Positions 51,495 through 60,916 of a stretch of DNA of 61,611 nt are shown in pieces. Every line of letters starts with the position of its first letter. Positions within the stretch are counted from its first letter, which is position 1. The notes under the pieces are model-generated. The model saw only the letters and a list, made by a program, of their open reading frames with translations. It was not told where the DNA came from and did not search any database. A program made the position numbers and the translations under genes. The stretch is from an uncultured Candidatus Saccharibacteria bacterium (GTDB lineage: Bacteria > Patescibacteriota > Minisyncoccia > Phycocordibacterales > JAACPR01): NCBI GenBank assembly GCA_964574865.1, contig CAZNOT010000001.1, forward strand, positions 1 through 61,611, given 5' to 3'.

Positions 51495-51674
51495 TTAGCC
51501 GCCGATAACCGAACGCTCGACGATCCAGGTAAAGGCGACGTCGAGGGCGCCGAGGTAGGCCGCCACAAGGAACGACACGACGAGCACGAGCGCGGTGAGG
51601 CCGATGACCTCCCGGCGCGACGGCCAGCTGATGCGGGAGACCTCGCCGAGCGACTCGCGTACAAACTGAATCAT
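51495..51674 (-). CDS. secE: preprotein translocase subunit SecE (59 aa, not in the supplied ORF track)
   Basis: Hand translation gives MIQFVRESLGEVSRISWPSRREVIGLTALVLVVSFLVAAYLGALDVAFTWIVERSVIGG. This is the canonical SecE pattern, in the canonical position upstream of nusG. Confidence 0.8.
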   Translation of the reverse strand: MIQFVRESLGEVSRISWPSRREVIGLTALVLVVSFLVAAYLGALDVAFTWIVERSVIGG

Positions 51675-51723
51675 GGGTGCGTGGTCAGGCTAATAAAAAA
51701 GGCCCTCGCGGGCGGACAGGTCT

Positions 51724-51753
51724 ATAGTACAGCCGATTGACCGAGGAAGTCAA
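51724..51753 (-). promoter_or_regulatory. candidate secE-nusG promoter (TTGACT-N18-TACTAT)
   Basis: The hexamers lie on the minus strand about 50 nt upstream of the secE ATG. A short GC hairpin plus T-run lies between the promoter and the ATG. Confidence 0.5.
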
Positions 51754-51760
51754 TCAGCTG

Positions 51761-51843
51761 AGGTAGCAAGGAAGAGTGAATAAATTGGTAAGCACGGCCT
51801 GGATTTCGGAACTTGTTCCTTGTTAATTCTTCCTTATTCCTTA
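51761..51843. repeat. AT-rich heptamer repeat, copy D (degenerate, two arms)
   Basis: The plus-strand arm reads ACTTGTTCC|TTGTTAA|TTCTTCC|TTATTCC|TTAGCCC. The centre ggcctggatttcggaac resembles the centre of copy A. Confidence 0.55.
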
Positions 51844-51905
51844 GCCCGACCCAAAGCTAAAGGGCCGCGCCGGAACGGCGCGGCCCTTTAGCTTTGGGTC
51901 GGGCT
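51843..51905 (-). terminator. perfect ~29-bp palindromic hairpin overlapping the stop codon of the SIMPL-domain gene
   Basis: It reads AGCCCGACCCAAAGCTAAAGGGCCGCGCC-GGAA-CGGCGCGGCCCTTTAGCTTTGGGTCGGGCT. Confidence 0.6.
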
Positions 51906-52731
51906 AGTTCTCGATCTCGAATTGCACGTCCACCGACACCTCCACCTCCTGCTCTCCAGTCGGCACGTCCGGCGAGGTCTTCACCGCCATGTCGTAGCCG
52001 CCGCCCATGCCCTCGTACATTGGAGGGTAGTAGCCCGGCGAGGACTCGTACATGCCGATGATGTCGCCGAGGCTGAGGCCGAGCGCGTCGGCGTTCACCT
52101 TCGCGCGAGCCTTCGCGTCGGCGATGGCGAGCGCGCGAGCCTTGTCCTTCAGCTCCTCGATGCCATCGATGGTGAAAGAGAGCCCCGAAACATTCGTGAC
52201 GTTCTTCTTGCCGATGCCGGCGAAGATATCCCCCGCCTTGCTAGTGTCGCGCACCTTCACGACGATGGTCTGGCTCACGTCGAAGCCGACAGGCAGGTTG
52301 CGGCCGCCCGGGCAGTACGAGCTACCGTACGGGCACGCCTCGGCGATCCATTCGTAGTGCGGGTAGATGTTGTAGGACTGCGTCTCGATGTCCTCCCTAT
52401 CGACGCCCTGCTCCTCCAGGAACGCGATCGATTCGTTGATGACTTTCGTCGCCTGCTCCTGCGCCGACTCGACGGACTCCGAGGTCGCCTGCGCGCCGAA
52501 GCTGAAGGTGGCGATAATGTCCTCCTTGTCCGCGCTGACTTTCCCTTTGCCGTTCACGGAAATCGACGGGCCGTACGTCTGCTCGTCGAGCTGCCCCGTA
52601 GCCGCCACGGTGTAAAAGGTTTCGGCGATCAGAAAAGCCGAGAGGAACACGGCGATAGCGCCGAGACTGAGCGTGGCGCAGTACGCCGCGCGCCCCTTCC
52701 AATCCGTCGAAAACTGCTGGTAGCTAATCAT
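51904..52731 (-). CDS. SIMPL-domain (DUF541) periplasmic protein
   Basis: It has an N-terminal TM/signal segment, then typical SIMPL segments (ISVNGKGKVSADKE..., ...DIETQSYNIYP..., KARALAIADAKARAKVNADALGLSLG). Confidence 0.7.
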   Translation of the reverse strand: MISYQQFSTDWKGRAAYCATLSLGAIAVFLSAFLIAETFYTVAATGQLDEQTYGPSISVNGKGKVSADKEDIIATFSFGAQATSESVESAQEQATKVINESIAFLEEQGVDREDIETQSYNIYPHYEWIAEACPYGSSYCPGGRNLPVGFDVSQTIVVKVRDTSKAGDIFAGIGKKNVTNVSGLSFTIDGIEELKDKARALAIADAKARAKVNADALGLSLGDIIGMYESSPGYYPPMYEGMGGGYDMAVKTSPDVPTGEQEVEVSVDVQFEIEN

Positions 52732-52825
52732 TTGTGGCTAATTACGCGTGTAACCAATCTACTATACCACTGCCCCAAAATGGTGTCCTGAGGTACGCGC
52801 CCCCCGAGGGTAGAAAATTCTGACG

Positions 52826-53641
52826 CTAGGCGCGTCTCTCAGCGGCGAGGAGGAGGTTCGAGAAGAGCGCCGCGACGGTTAGGGGGCCAACGCCGCCGGG
52901 GACGGGAGAGTAGGCGGCGAGGGCGGAGCGGGCGGCGAGATTGAGGTCGCCCAGGAGCTTGCCGTCGGGGCCGGCGGTCGTGCCCACGTCGATGGCGGTG
53001 GCGCCCGGCGAGAGGTGCGCGGCGGTCAGGAGGCCAGGCTTCCCTACCGCGGAAATCACAATTTCGGCGGGGAGCGTCACGGCCGATAAGTCAGCCGTCT
53101 GATCGTCGGCGGTCGAGACGGTCGCGCCGCGCCCACGCATCAGCTCGGCGATCGGCGCGCCCGCGAGCCGCGACTGGCCGACAACGGCAAGACGCTTCCC
53201 CGCCACATCGACGCCGTGCGCGTCCAGGAGTTCAGCTACGGCGAGCGCGGTCGCAGAGACGAACGGAGAGCCGGGGGCGAGGCCGTCCACATCTTTCGCG
53301 GGCGGCACCAGCGCGGCGGCCGCGTAGCCGTCGAGGCTGGCCGCGGGGAGCTGGAGGATGACGCCGTCGTTCGCGCCATCGGCTCCGGCGGCGATCACCG
53401 CCGCTTCGAGCTCGGCCTGGCTGGCCGATTCCGGCAACGTTTGGAGCACGACCCCGGCGCCAATCTCCCCCGCGAACGCCTGCTTGCGCTCGATGTACGC
53501 AGCCGAGCGTGGGTCCTCGCCGACGCGGACAATGGCGAGGCGGGGGCCACGGCCGAGCGCGGTGACACGCTCGGCCAGCTCGGCGCACGCGCGCGCGGCG
53601 ACGGAGCGACCTTCGAGAATCTTGGGAGTGACGACGCTCAC
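52826..53641 (-). CDS. folD: bifunctional methylenetetrahydrofolate dehydrogenase/cyclohydrolase
   Basis: It contains LAIVRVGEDPRSAAYIERK, ILQLPAA, KDVDGL, VVGQSRLAGAPIA and PVPGGVGPLTVAALF. Confidence 0.9.
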   Translation of the reverse strand: MSVVTPKILEGRSVAARACAELAERVTALGRGPRLAIVRVGEDPRSAAYIERKQAFAGEIGAGVVLQTLPESASQAELEAAVIAAGADGANDGVILQLPAASLDGYAAAALVPPAKDVDGLAPGSPFVSATALAVAELLDAHGVDVAGKRLAVVGQSRLAGAPIAELMRGRGATVSTADDQTADLSAVTLPAEIVISAVGKPGLLTAAHLSPGATAIDVGTTAGPDGKLLGDLNLAARSALAAYSPVPGGVGPLTVAALFSNLLLAAERRA

Positions 53642-53760
53642 CCGCTATTTCTACTACAAACGACGGGCTCCCGGTGTCCGGACACCGGGAGCCCGTCGCG
53701 AGAACGAGAGAGCCCGCGGCCGAAGGCCGCGGGCTCTCTGGAGACAGACGTTCGGCCGAG

Positions 53761-54465
53761 CTACTTCAGCATCTCGTCGAGCGCCGCGCGAACCGCGTCC
53801 GGGCGGTTGCCACTGACGGTCTGGAACTGCTTGTCCGGGCCGATGATGACGGACCAGGGAGTGCCCGAGCCGCCGGTCGCCTTCGCGTTCGCGGCGTCGG
53901 CGGTCACTTCGGCGAGGGTTGCCTTGTCGGCGAGGCACTTCTCGAAGGTAGCCTTGTCGGCGCCGACCGCGACCGCGTGGGTCGAGAGGCGGGCCGTGTC
54001 GGTGCGGAGCGCGCCCTGCTCCTCGACGATGAGGTCGAGGTAGGACCAGAACGCATCGTTACCCTTCTCCTTGCCGACGCACTCGGCGGCGAGCGCCTTG
54101 GTCTGCGCGAGCGGGTGCATCGGGAGCGGGAGGTGGCGGTAGGCCCAGGCGACCTTACCCGCGTACTTCGAGTCCGCCATGATCTCCTTCAGGCCGGCGT
54201 GAAAGCGCTGGCAGAACGGGCAGTCGATGTCGGAGAACTCGACGATGGTGACCTTCGCGTCGCGGGGACCGCGGACGTAGTCGCCGGCGCCGATCGGGGT
54301 AACCGCGGACGGGTTGCCGGTCTGGGCGGCCGGAGCGGGAGCCCCGCCGACCGGAGCCGCCGGCGCGCTGCCCTGCCCGATCCAGAGGATCGCGGCGGCA
54401 ACCAGGACGCCGGCGCCGACGATGGCCGCCGGGACGCCGAGCGCGTTCTTGTCTGTCTCTGACAT
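53761..54465 (-). CDS. DsbA-family thiol:disulfide oxidoreductase (membrane-anchored)
   Basis: It has an N-terminal TM segment and a thioredoxin fold with the CPFC active site (EFSDIDCPFCQRFH). Confidence 0.8.
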   Translation of the reverse strand: MSETDKNALGVPAAIVGAGVLVAAAILWIGQGSAPAAPVGGAPAPAAQTGNPSAVTPIGAGDYVRGPRDAKVTIVEFSDIDCPFCQRFHAGLKEIMADSKYAGKVAWAYRHLPLPMHPLAQTKALAAECVGKEKGNDAFWSYLDLIVEEQGALRTDTARLSTHAVAVGADKATFEKCLADKATLAEVTADAANAKATGGSGTPWSVIIGPDKQFQTVSGNRPDAVRAALDEMLK

Positions 54466-54516
54466 TTGTGTGTTCCTAAATGCTATTAAAGCTCGAACAT
54501 CCTACCACTTGGGGGG

Positions 54517-54672
54517 CTAGGCGCCGCAGCCGGCGCCGGAGACTTTCGCGGCGGGAGCCGGCGCGGCGGCCGAGGTCGGCGCGCCCCTGGTCACGAGCGC
54601 GGCGACAATCATCAGGGCGGCCGCGACAATGGCCGCGGGGGTCGCGTACGGGCTCTCGTGGATCTTCGACAT
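54517..54672 (-). CDS. possible 51-aa membrane peptide resembling the DsbA-like N-terminus
   Basis: The peptide is MSKIHESPYATPAAIVAAALMIVAALVTRGAPTSAAAPAPAAKVSGAGCGA. A TACAAT box lies about 40 nt upstream (54711-54716). The resemblance is to MSETDKNALGVPAAIVGAGVLVAAAIL...APAAPVGGAPAPAA in the next gene. Confidence 0.3.
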   Translation of the reverse strand: MSKIHESPYATPAAIVAAALMIVAALVTRGAPTSAAAPAPAAKVSGAGCGA

Positions 54673-54722
54673 TCGGTTCGCTGTTGTTACGCTCCGCGGT
54701 CGCGAAGCCGGGGCATTGTACC

Positions 54723-55373
54723 TCAGGTCTCCGGGCAAAATTCCCACAGGCCGGAAACCTCGGCGCGCGCGGCCGCCTCCGCGGCGAAAAACGCTGGCCG
54801 ACCCCCGTAGCTGAGGTCGCGGTACGCCGTCGCGGCGCCCGAGCGCACGAGCCACACGTTCACGCTCCCCTCCCACGGCGCGCCAGAGGTTGCCGGCGCC
54901 GACGACGTCGCGACGAAGCGGAGCAGCCGGCCGTAACGGTCGCGGTCGGGCTGCTCGGGATCCGCCGACAGGAAGATCGAACCGCCCGCGAGCGCCGCGC
55001 GGAGCGCCACGGTCGCCGAGTCGCCGCCGCACTCGGCGGGATTCCCCTGCCGCGCGACCTCGGGCGCGTCCACGCCGACGAGCCGCACCGGCTCCTCCGG
55101 GGAATCAGCGCAGCGCGCGCGGACGGTATCGCCGTCGATGACGCGGACGACCGAGCACGCGCCCGGCGCCGTCTCGGTCGCGACCGTGCTTGTGGCCACC
55201 GCAGGCGGAAAAACAGTTTTCGGTTCTGGCTCGGGGTTTACCTCGAACGCCGGCGCCGCCGGAAACGCGGCCGAGAGCGCCGCGCGAAAATTTCCGCCGG
55301 AGATTGCCCAGACGGCCAAAGCCGCCGCGAGAATCGCGGCGGCCGGAACTAGTTTCTTTCCTACCCCAATCAC
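54723..55373 (-). CDS. thermonuclease-family (SNase-like) secreted nuclease
   Basis: It has a signal/anchor, then VVRVIDGDTVRARC...VRLVGVDAPE...GRLLRFV...WLVRSGAATAY. Confidence 0.75.
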   Translation of the reverse strand: MIGVGKKLVPAAAILAAALAVWAISGGNFRAALSAAFPAAPAFEVNPEPEPKTVFPPAVATSTVATETAPGACSVVRVIDGDTVRARCADSPEEPVRLVGVDAPEVARQGNPAECGGDSATVALRAALAGGSIFLSADPEQPDRDRYGRLLRFVATSSAPATSGAPWEGSVNVWLVRSGAATAYRDLSYGGRPAFFAAEAAARAEVSGLWEFCPET

Positions 55374-55375
55374 GG

Positions 55376-56377
55376 TTACTCCGCCTTTTTCTCGTTCTTA
55401 CCCGAAGCGTTCGCGTTAACTTCGTAATTTGTATTTTGGGCTTCAAAGAAGTTCACCAATTCGAGCACGTCGAGCCCCGTCGCCATCCACTTCGCGGGGT
55501 TGCCCACCTTGTAGTGCGGCTCGAAGCCGAGCTCCTCGAGTCGGCGGTCGGCGACGTACTGCACGTACTGGTTCACGTAGTCGGCGTTGAGGCCGAGGAT
55601 GCCGTTGGGGAACAGCTCCTTGTTGTAGGCGACCTCGAGCTCGACGCCCTGGATGATCAGGTCGCGGATTTCGCGCGCGAACTCCTCCGTCACGATGTCC
55701 GGGTTCTCCTCGAGGATACCCATGATGAGCTGGATGCCGAACTTGAGGTGCAGCGACTCGTCGCGCACGACCCAGCTGACCATCGAGCCGAAGTTGCGGA
55801 GCTTGTTGCGCTGGCGGAACGAGAGGATAACCATGAAGCCCGAGTAGAACCAGATGCCCTCCATCACGATGTTGGTTGCGACGAGGTTGCGCACGAAGTC
55901 CTTCTTCCCCTCCGGCGTCGTCACGTCGAGGTGCTCCTCGGTCATGCGCATCATGTACTTCTTCACGAAGTTCTCCTTCGCCTGCATCGCGTCGTTCTGG
56001 AGGTGGACGCTGTAGACGTCGTCGCGCTCGAACGGGAAGGTCTCGAGCACGTACTCGAACGAGACGCAGTGGTTCGCCTCCTCGAACATCCAGCGCGCGA
56101 GGAAGAGGTGCGCCTCGGCGGACTTGAGGTACGGGTAGACGCCGAGCGCGATCGAGCGGTTCACAATGAGCTCGGCCGGGTTGAAGAACGCCATGATGTA
56201 CTTCACCGCGTGCTTCTCGTCGTCGGTCATCGCCTCGAAGTCGACGATGTCCTCCTTGAGCGTGATCTCGTGCGGGAACCAGGTGTTGCGGACCGCCTGG
56301 TTGTACAGGTCGCGCGCCCACGGGTACTGCGACGGGTAGAGGTTGAAGTCCGAGGCGGAAGGTTTGCCGACGAGCAT
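55376..56377 (-). CDS. nrdB: ribonucleotide reductase class I beta subunit
   Basis: It has ferritin-like R2 motifs (FEEANHCVSFEYV, MEGIWFYSGF, RDESLHLKFG). The start was set at the ATG at 56377. Confidence 0.9.
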   Translation of the reverse strand: MLVGKPSASDFNLYPSQYPWARDLYNQAVRNTWFPHEITLKEDIVDFEAMTDDEKHAVKYIMAFFNPAELIVNRSIALGVYPYLKSAEAHLFLARWMFEEANHCVSFEYVLETFPFERDDVYSVHLQNDAMQAKENFVKKYMMRMTEEHLDVTTPEGKKDFVRNLVATNIVMEGIWFYSGFMVILSFRQRNKLRNFGSMVSWVVRDESLHLKFGIQLIMGILEENPDIVTEEFAREIRDLIIQGVELEVAYNKELFPNGILGLNADYVNQYVQYVADRRLEELGFEPHYKVGNPAKWMATGLDVLELVNFFEAQNTNYEVNANASGKNEKKAE

Positions 56378-56556
56378 GGTGATTTTGCGTTGACTTTCTA
56401 AACCCGGCTGGGTCGCCAAGTGTACTCCTCCCCCGCCCCGCCTAAAAATCCACAGCACGAGGAAACGAGGAGCCCTTACGTGCAAGTTACCAAAAAGAGC
56501 AGCGCCGCCCGGAGGGCGGCGCTGCTAACGGCGAAACTTAAGATTTATCGTCCATT

Positions 56557-59175
56557 TTATTGGCAGCTGTCGCAGACCATGCCCTCCATCGGGTCACCGT
56601 CCGGCCCCTTCTGCGCCGCACGATTGTGCACGCGGTACTTCGGCTTCTCGGCCTCGGCGGACGCGACGGCCACCGGAACCTCGACCGTCGCCGGGCGCGA
56701 GAGCGAGTCGGGCGAAATCGGGCTCTCGACGGGCTGCGGCGCGGGCGCGGCGGCAGCAGCCTCCGCGGCGTCGGACGCGGCGAGCTTAGCCTTGATCGCG
56801 CCGAAGCCGGTCTTGCCGAGCACGGACGCCTTGTTGACCTTCACGGTCGACTGCTCGGCCGTGTGACGCGGCTTCATGTGCAGGTAGTAGGTCGTCTTGA
56901 GGCCCTTCTCCCACGCGGCCTCGTAGATCGCCATCACCTCGTCGATGTCGCGCGTCTCGAGGTACATGTTGCGCGAGAGCGCCTGGTCGATCCACTTCTG
57001 CGCGCGCGCCGCGACCTCGATGTAGGCGTACGGCGAGGTCGTGAACGAGGTCTTGTAGACGTCGCGGAGCTCCTGCGGGATTTCCTCGAGGCCGGCGATA
57101 TCGCCCTGCGACTCGATGATCTTGCCGCGCACGTTCTCCCAGATGCCGAGGCGCTTGAGGTCGTTGACGAGGTTGGTGTTGATGTCGAGGTACTTGCCCG
57201 AGATCTTGTTGCGCGAGAACACCTGCGCGAAACGCGCGTCGATGCCGGGGGTCGTCGCCGCGACGAGGCCGATGTTCGCGTTCGGCGCGACGGCGAGGAG
57301 CGTGGCGTTCCGCATGCCGCCCTTCACCTTGGCGCGCAGCGCGTCCCAGTCGAGGCCCTTGTGCTTCGAGGTGCGGTCGACGGTGAGCGCCACGCCGCGC
57401 TCGCGCTCGAGGCGCTCCATCGAGTCGACGGGCACCATGCCGCGCGACCAGCCTGAGCCCGGGAAGTTCTGGTAGCTCCCCCGCTCGGCCGCGAGGTTCG
57501 CGGACTCGTCGATCGCCATGTAGGAAACGAACTCGAAGATCTGGTCGGCGAAGTCGTACGAGCGCGCGTCGTCGTAGCTCCAGCCCATCTTCTCGACGGC
57601 GTCGGCGAAGCCCATGACGCCGAGGCCTACCGCGCGATTCTCGCGGTCGGACCGGCGCGCCTCCTCGATCGGCAGGTCGTTGATGTCGATGAGGTTGTCG
57701 AGGTGGCGAATCGCGGCGCGGACGGTCTCCTCGAGCTTCTGCCACTCGACAGACCTGGCGGCGACGTCGAGGTGCGCCGAGAGGTTGAGCGACGCGAGGT
57801 TGCAGACGGCGATGTTGTCGCGATCCTGCGGCAGGCAGATCTCCGTGCAGAGGTTCGACATGTGGATCGTGCCGGTGTTGTCGTTGAGCGCGCGCAGGTT
57901 CATCGGGTCCTTGAACGTGATCCACGGGTGGCTGGTACCCATGAGCGACACGAGCATCTGGCGCCAGAGCTCGCGCGCCGGAACCTTCTTGTACATGCGC
58001 ATCTCGCCGCGGTCGGCCTTCGCCGCGTACTCGTTGTAGCGGCGGGAGAACGCGTCGCCGTAGAGCTCCACGAGGTCGGGCACCTCGGCCGGGTCGAAGA
58101 GGTACCAGTCGCCGCCGGCCTTCACGCGCTTCACGAATTCGTCCGAAATGAGCGCCGCCGTGTTCGCGGTCCGCATGCGGAGGTAGTCGTCGCCGGCGTT
58201 GTGGCGCCAGTCGATGAATTCCGGGAAGTCGAGGTGCCAGTTCTCCATGTAGAGGCACAGCGCGCCGACCTTCTTGCCCGCGCGCTGGATGGCGCGCACG
58301 GCGGTGTCCATGATCTTGGCGAACGGCGCGGGGCCGGACGAGACGCCGGAGGTCGACCTGAGGGGCGACCCCGTGGCGCGGAGCTTCGTAATCGAGACGC
58401 CCTGCCCGCCCGTCGCCTTCGCGATGAGCATGGTGTCGGCGACCGACTTCGCGATGTGCGCCATGTCGTCCTCGACCTGGAGCAGGAAGCAGTTGGACAG
58501 CGACGGGCGCGAGGTGCCCGCGCCGACGTTCGTCGAGCCGCCCGCGACGTAGCGCAGGTTGGACATCAGGTCGTAGAACTTCTTGGCCTGCGCGGTCGGG
58601 TCGGCCTCGTCGTACGAGAGACCCATCGCGACGCGCATGAAGAAGAACTGCGGCGTCTCGGTCACCTCCTGGTTCTGGCCCTTCATCGCGTAGCGGTTGA
58701 GGAGGCCCGACAGTCCGGCGTAGTTCAGCTTCTCGTCGCGCTCGGGGTCGAGGTGGGCGGCGAGGCTCTCCAGATCGAACTTCTCAACCATGCGCCGATC
58801 GAACAGGCCCTTCTCGACCTGCGAGGCGACGTAGGCTGGAAACTTCGCGCGGTGGAGGTTCAGGACCGCGCCATCGTCGTCCGAGTCGTAGCCGCCGAGC
58901 ACCTTCTTGTAGGTGACCTTGAGGAGGAGGCGCGTCGCCGCGCGGTCGTAGGCGGGATCCTCCTGCACGTTCTGGAGCGCGGCGTTGATGGTCGCCTGGT
59001 CGAGCTCCTCGGTGGTGACGCCGTCGTAGAGCGACAGCTCGGACTCGGTCGCGATCTGCGTGACCATGCCGATCTGGTTCTCGAGGCCGCGGCAGGCGCG
59101 CTCGATCGACCGGTTGATTTCGTTGGCGTCGAAGGGCACCCGGGTCCCGTCGCGCTTGGTCACGGTAATCGCCAT
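56557..59175 (-). CDS. nrdA: ribonucleotide reductase class I alpha subunit
   Basis: It has an ATP-cone-like N-terminus (VTKRDGTRVPFDANEINRSI), the catalytic segment SNLCTEICLP, and a C-terminal CxxC tail (CDSC). A low-complexity Ala/Pro linker precedes the tail. Confidence 0.9.
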   Translation of the reverse strand: MAITVTKRDGTRVPFDANEINRSIERACRGLENQIGMVTQIATESELSLYDGVTTEELDQATINAALQNVQEDPAYDRAATRLLLKVTYKKVLGGYDSDDDGAVLNLHRAKFPAYVASQVEKGLFDRRMVEKFDLESLAAHLDPERDEKLNYAGLSGLLNRYAMKGQNQEVTETPQFFFMRVAMGLSYDEADPTAQAKKFYDLMSNLRYVAGGSTNVGAGTSRPSLSNCFLLQVEDDMAHIAKSVADTMLIAKATGGQGVSITKLRATGSPLRSTSGVSSGPAPFAKIMDTAVRAIQRAGKKVGALCLYMENWHLDFPEFIDWRHNAGDDYLRMRTANTAALISDEFVKRVKAGGDWYLFDPAEVPDLVELYGDAFSRRYNEYAAKADRGEMRMYKKVPARELWRQMLVSLMGTSHPWITFKDPMNLRALNDNTGTIHMSNLCTEICLPQDRDNIAVCNLASLNLSAHLDVAARSVEWQKLEETVRAAIRHLDNLIDINDLPIEEARRSDRENRAVGLGVMGFADAVEKMGWSYDDARSYDFADQIFEFVSYMAIDESANLAAERGSYQNFPGSGWSRGMVPVDSMERLERERGVALTVDRTSKHKGLDWDALRAKVKGGMRNATLLAVAPNANIGLVAATTPGIDARFAQVFSRNKISGKYLDINTNLVNDLKRLGIWENVRGKIIESQGDIAGLEEIPQELRDVYKTSFTTSPYAYIEVAARAQKWIDQALSRNMYLETRDIDEVMAIYEAAWEKGLKTTYYLHMKPRHTAEQSTVKVNKASVLGKTGFGAIKAKLAASDAAEAAAAAPAPQPVESPISPDSLSRPATVEVPVAVASAEAEKPKYRVHNRAAQKGPDGDPMEGMVCDSCQ

Positions 59176-59354
59176 CTTTTCTGTCGTTAGCTTTGGGGGG
59201 GTAATTGGCCGCCGGAAGTTACCGCGGTAGAGGCCATTGTACCCCTCCCCCGGCGGCCGTGTTCGCTTTGGTAACTAAGGTCCTTCGCGAGACGTGGGAA
59301 GTTATCCACAGGCGCGCCGGGCGCGCGAAATTTGGCCCGCCGCGCGGCGAAAAT

Positions 59355-59375
59355 ACCCGCGCGGCGAGCGCGGGT
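59355..59375 (-). terminator. tyrS intrinsic terminator
   Basis: On the minus strand, the stem ACCCGCGC/GCGCGGGT is followed by ATTTTCG. Confidence 0.55.
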
Positions 59376-59459
59376 AGCAGGTCGGGGCGAGCGCGGCGAG
59401 GATAATCTTCCGGGTAGGGAGAGGCGGCTTCGCGCGCGCCGGTCTCACTTAGGGAAAAA

Positions 59460-60641
59460 CTAGGAGGCCCGAACCGCGCGGCCCTTGCCGCGCTCGAGCG
59501 TGTCGCCCGCCGCCACGAGGCGCGCGGCGTCGGCGCAGGCCTCGCCGTTAATTTTTGCGCCGCCCTGCTCGATCACGCGGCGCGCGTCAGATTTAGACTC
59601 GGCGAGGCCGGCTGCCACGAGCGCCTCCACGAGCGGCAGGCCGGCAACCTTCGCCTCAGGCGCCGAAGCTGGCACGTTCCCCTGCCCCAAGAGCTCCTCG
59701 AAGTAGGCCTGCGCGGCGGCGGCGGCCGAGTCACCGTGGCAGTAGCGGACGATTTCGCGGGCGAGCGCCTTTTTCACGTCGCGGGGATTCTCGCCGGACG
59801 CGAGGCGCGCTTCGAGCGCGGCAATTTCCGAGAGCGGCAGGCGCGTCATCGCTGCGGCGTAGGTCGCGATCGATTTATCTCCGATGCCCATCGCCTTCTG
59901 GAACTGCGCGCGCGGCTCATCGTCGAGCGCGATCGTGTTGCCCCAGCTCGAGCTCATCTTGCGGCCGTCGGTACCCTCGACGAGAGGGTTCATCAGAATA
60001 TCCTGCGGCGTCTGGTCGTAGCGGCGCTGCATCGTGCGGCCCGCGAGCAAATTAAACTTCTGGTCGGTGCCGCCGAGCTCGACGTCGGCTGAAACGGCGA
60101 CGGAGTCGTAGCCTTGGAGCAGCGGGTAGAGCGTCTCGTGGAGGCCGACGCGCTTCCCCTCCGCCATGCGCCTCGCGATGAGCTCGCGCGAGGTGAACTC
60201 GTTCACCGAGAACGAGCTGGCCTGCGCGAGCACCTCGCGGTACGAGAGTTTGTCGAGCCACTCGGAGTTGCGGCGCAGCTCGACCTTAGGCATGTCGAGA
60301 ATCTTCCCCGCCTGCTCGGCGTAGGTCGCGAGGTTCGCGTCGACGGCGGCCCGGTCGAGCATCGGGCGCTCGGCGTCCTTATCGGACGCGTCGCCGATCG
60401 TGCCGGTGAAGTCGCCAATGATGAGCACGACCTGGTGGCCGAGCTCCTGGAAATCGCGCAGCTTCCAGAGCGCGACGGCGCGGCCGAGGTGGATGTGCGC
60501 GCTCGTGGGGTCAATGCCGAGCTTTACCCGCAGCTGCTTGCCCGATTTGAGCTTCGCCTCGAGGGACTCGCGATCGATGACCTCCGCGACGCCGCGCGAG
60601 AGCAGCTCCTCAATTTTCTGCGGGTCGGTCGAAACGGCCAT
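59460..60641 (-). CDS. tyrS: tyrosyl-tRNA synthetase
   Basis: It has a HIGH-type motif (DPTSAHIHLGRAV), a KMSSS motif (GRKMSSSWGN) and a C-terminal S4-like domain. The start was set at the ATG at 60641. Confidence 0.9.
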   Translation of the reverse strand: MAVSTDPQKIEELLSRGVAEVIDRESLEAKLKSGKQLRVKLGIDPTSAHIHLGRAVALWKLRDFQELGHQVVLIIGDFTGTIGDASDKDAERPMLDRAAVDANLATYAEQAGKILDMPKVELRRNSEWLDKLSYREVLAQASSFSVNEFTSRELIARRMAEGKRVGLHETLYPLLQGYDSVAVSADVELGGTDQKFNLLAGRTMQRRYDQTPQDILMNPLVEGTDGRKMSSSWGNTIALDDEPRAQFQKAMGIGDKSIATYAAAMTRLPLSEIAALEARLASGENPRDVKKALAREIVRYCHGDSAAAAAQAYFEELLGQGNVPASAPEAKVAGLPLVEALVAAGLAESKSDARRVIEQGGAKINGEACADAARLVAAGDTLERGKGRAVRAS

Positions 60642-60655
60642 AGGTAGCGAGAAAT

Positions 60656-60916
60656 CTAGCAGGAGCGCGCCTCGCGCGCGAGGATGCGGCGTTTGGCGGA
60701 GGGGCCGCCGCGGTTGTAGCCGCCGGGGGCACCGTCGGCGCGGACCACTCGGTGGCACGGAATTTTCGGGTCGAAGTTTTTCGACATGGCGGCGCCAACG
60801 GCGCGGGCGGCTCTCGCGTTCCCGGCGCGGCGCGCCACTTCCCCGTAGGAGAGCGTTTCCCCTTTCGGAATTTTAGCGACGACGGCGCGGGCGCGGTCGG
60901 CGAAGCTAAGCGACAT
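60656..60916 (-). CDS. ogt: methylated-DNA-protein-cysteine methyltransferase, C-terminal (DNA-binding/active-site) domain only
   Basis: It has the PCHRV active-site motif (IPCHRVVRADG) preceded by IPKGETLSYGEVA. The protein is 86 aa from the ATG at 60916. Confidence 0.7.
   Translation of the reverse strand: MSLSFADRARAVVAKIPKGETLSYGEVARRAGNARAARAVGAAMSKNFDPKIPCHRVVRADGAPGGYNRGGPSAKRRILAREARSC

Noticed and set aside
59176-59459. A possible NrdR box or riboswitch in the nrdA upstream region.
   Set aside because: No NrdR-box-like palindrome (acaCwAtATaTwgtgt type) was seen, and no recognisable riboswitch core. The region is explained by the tyrS terminator (59355-59375) plus a TACAAT -10 box (about 59233-59238) with a leader of about 55 nt.
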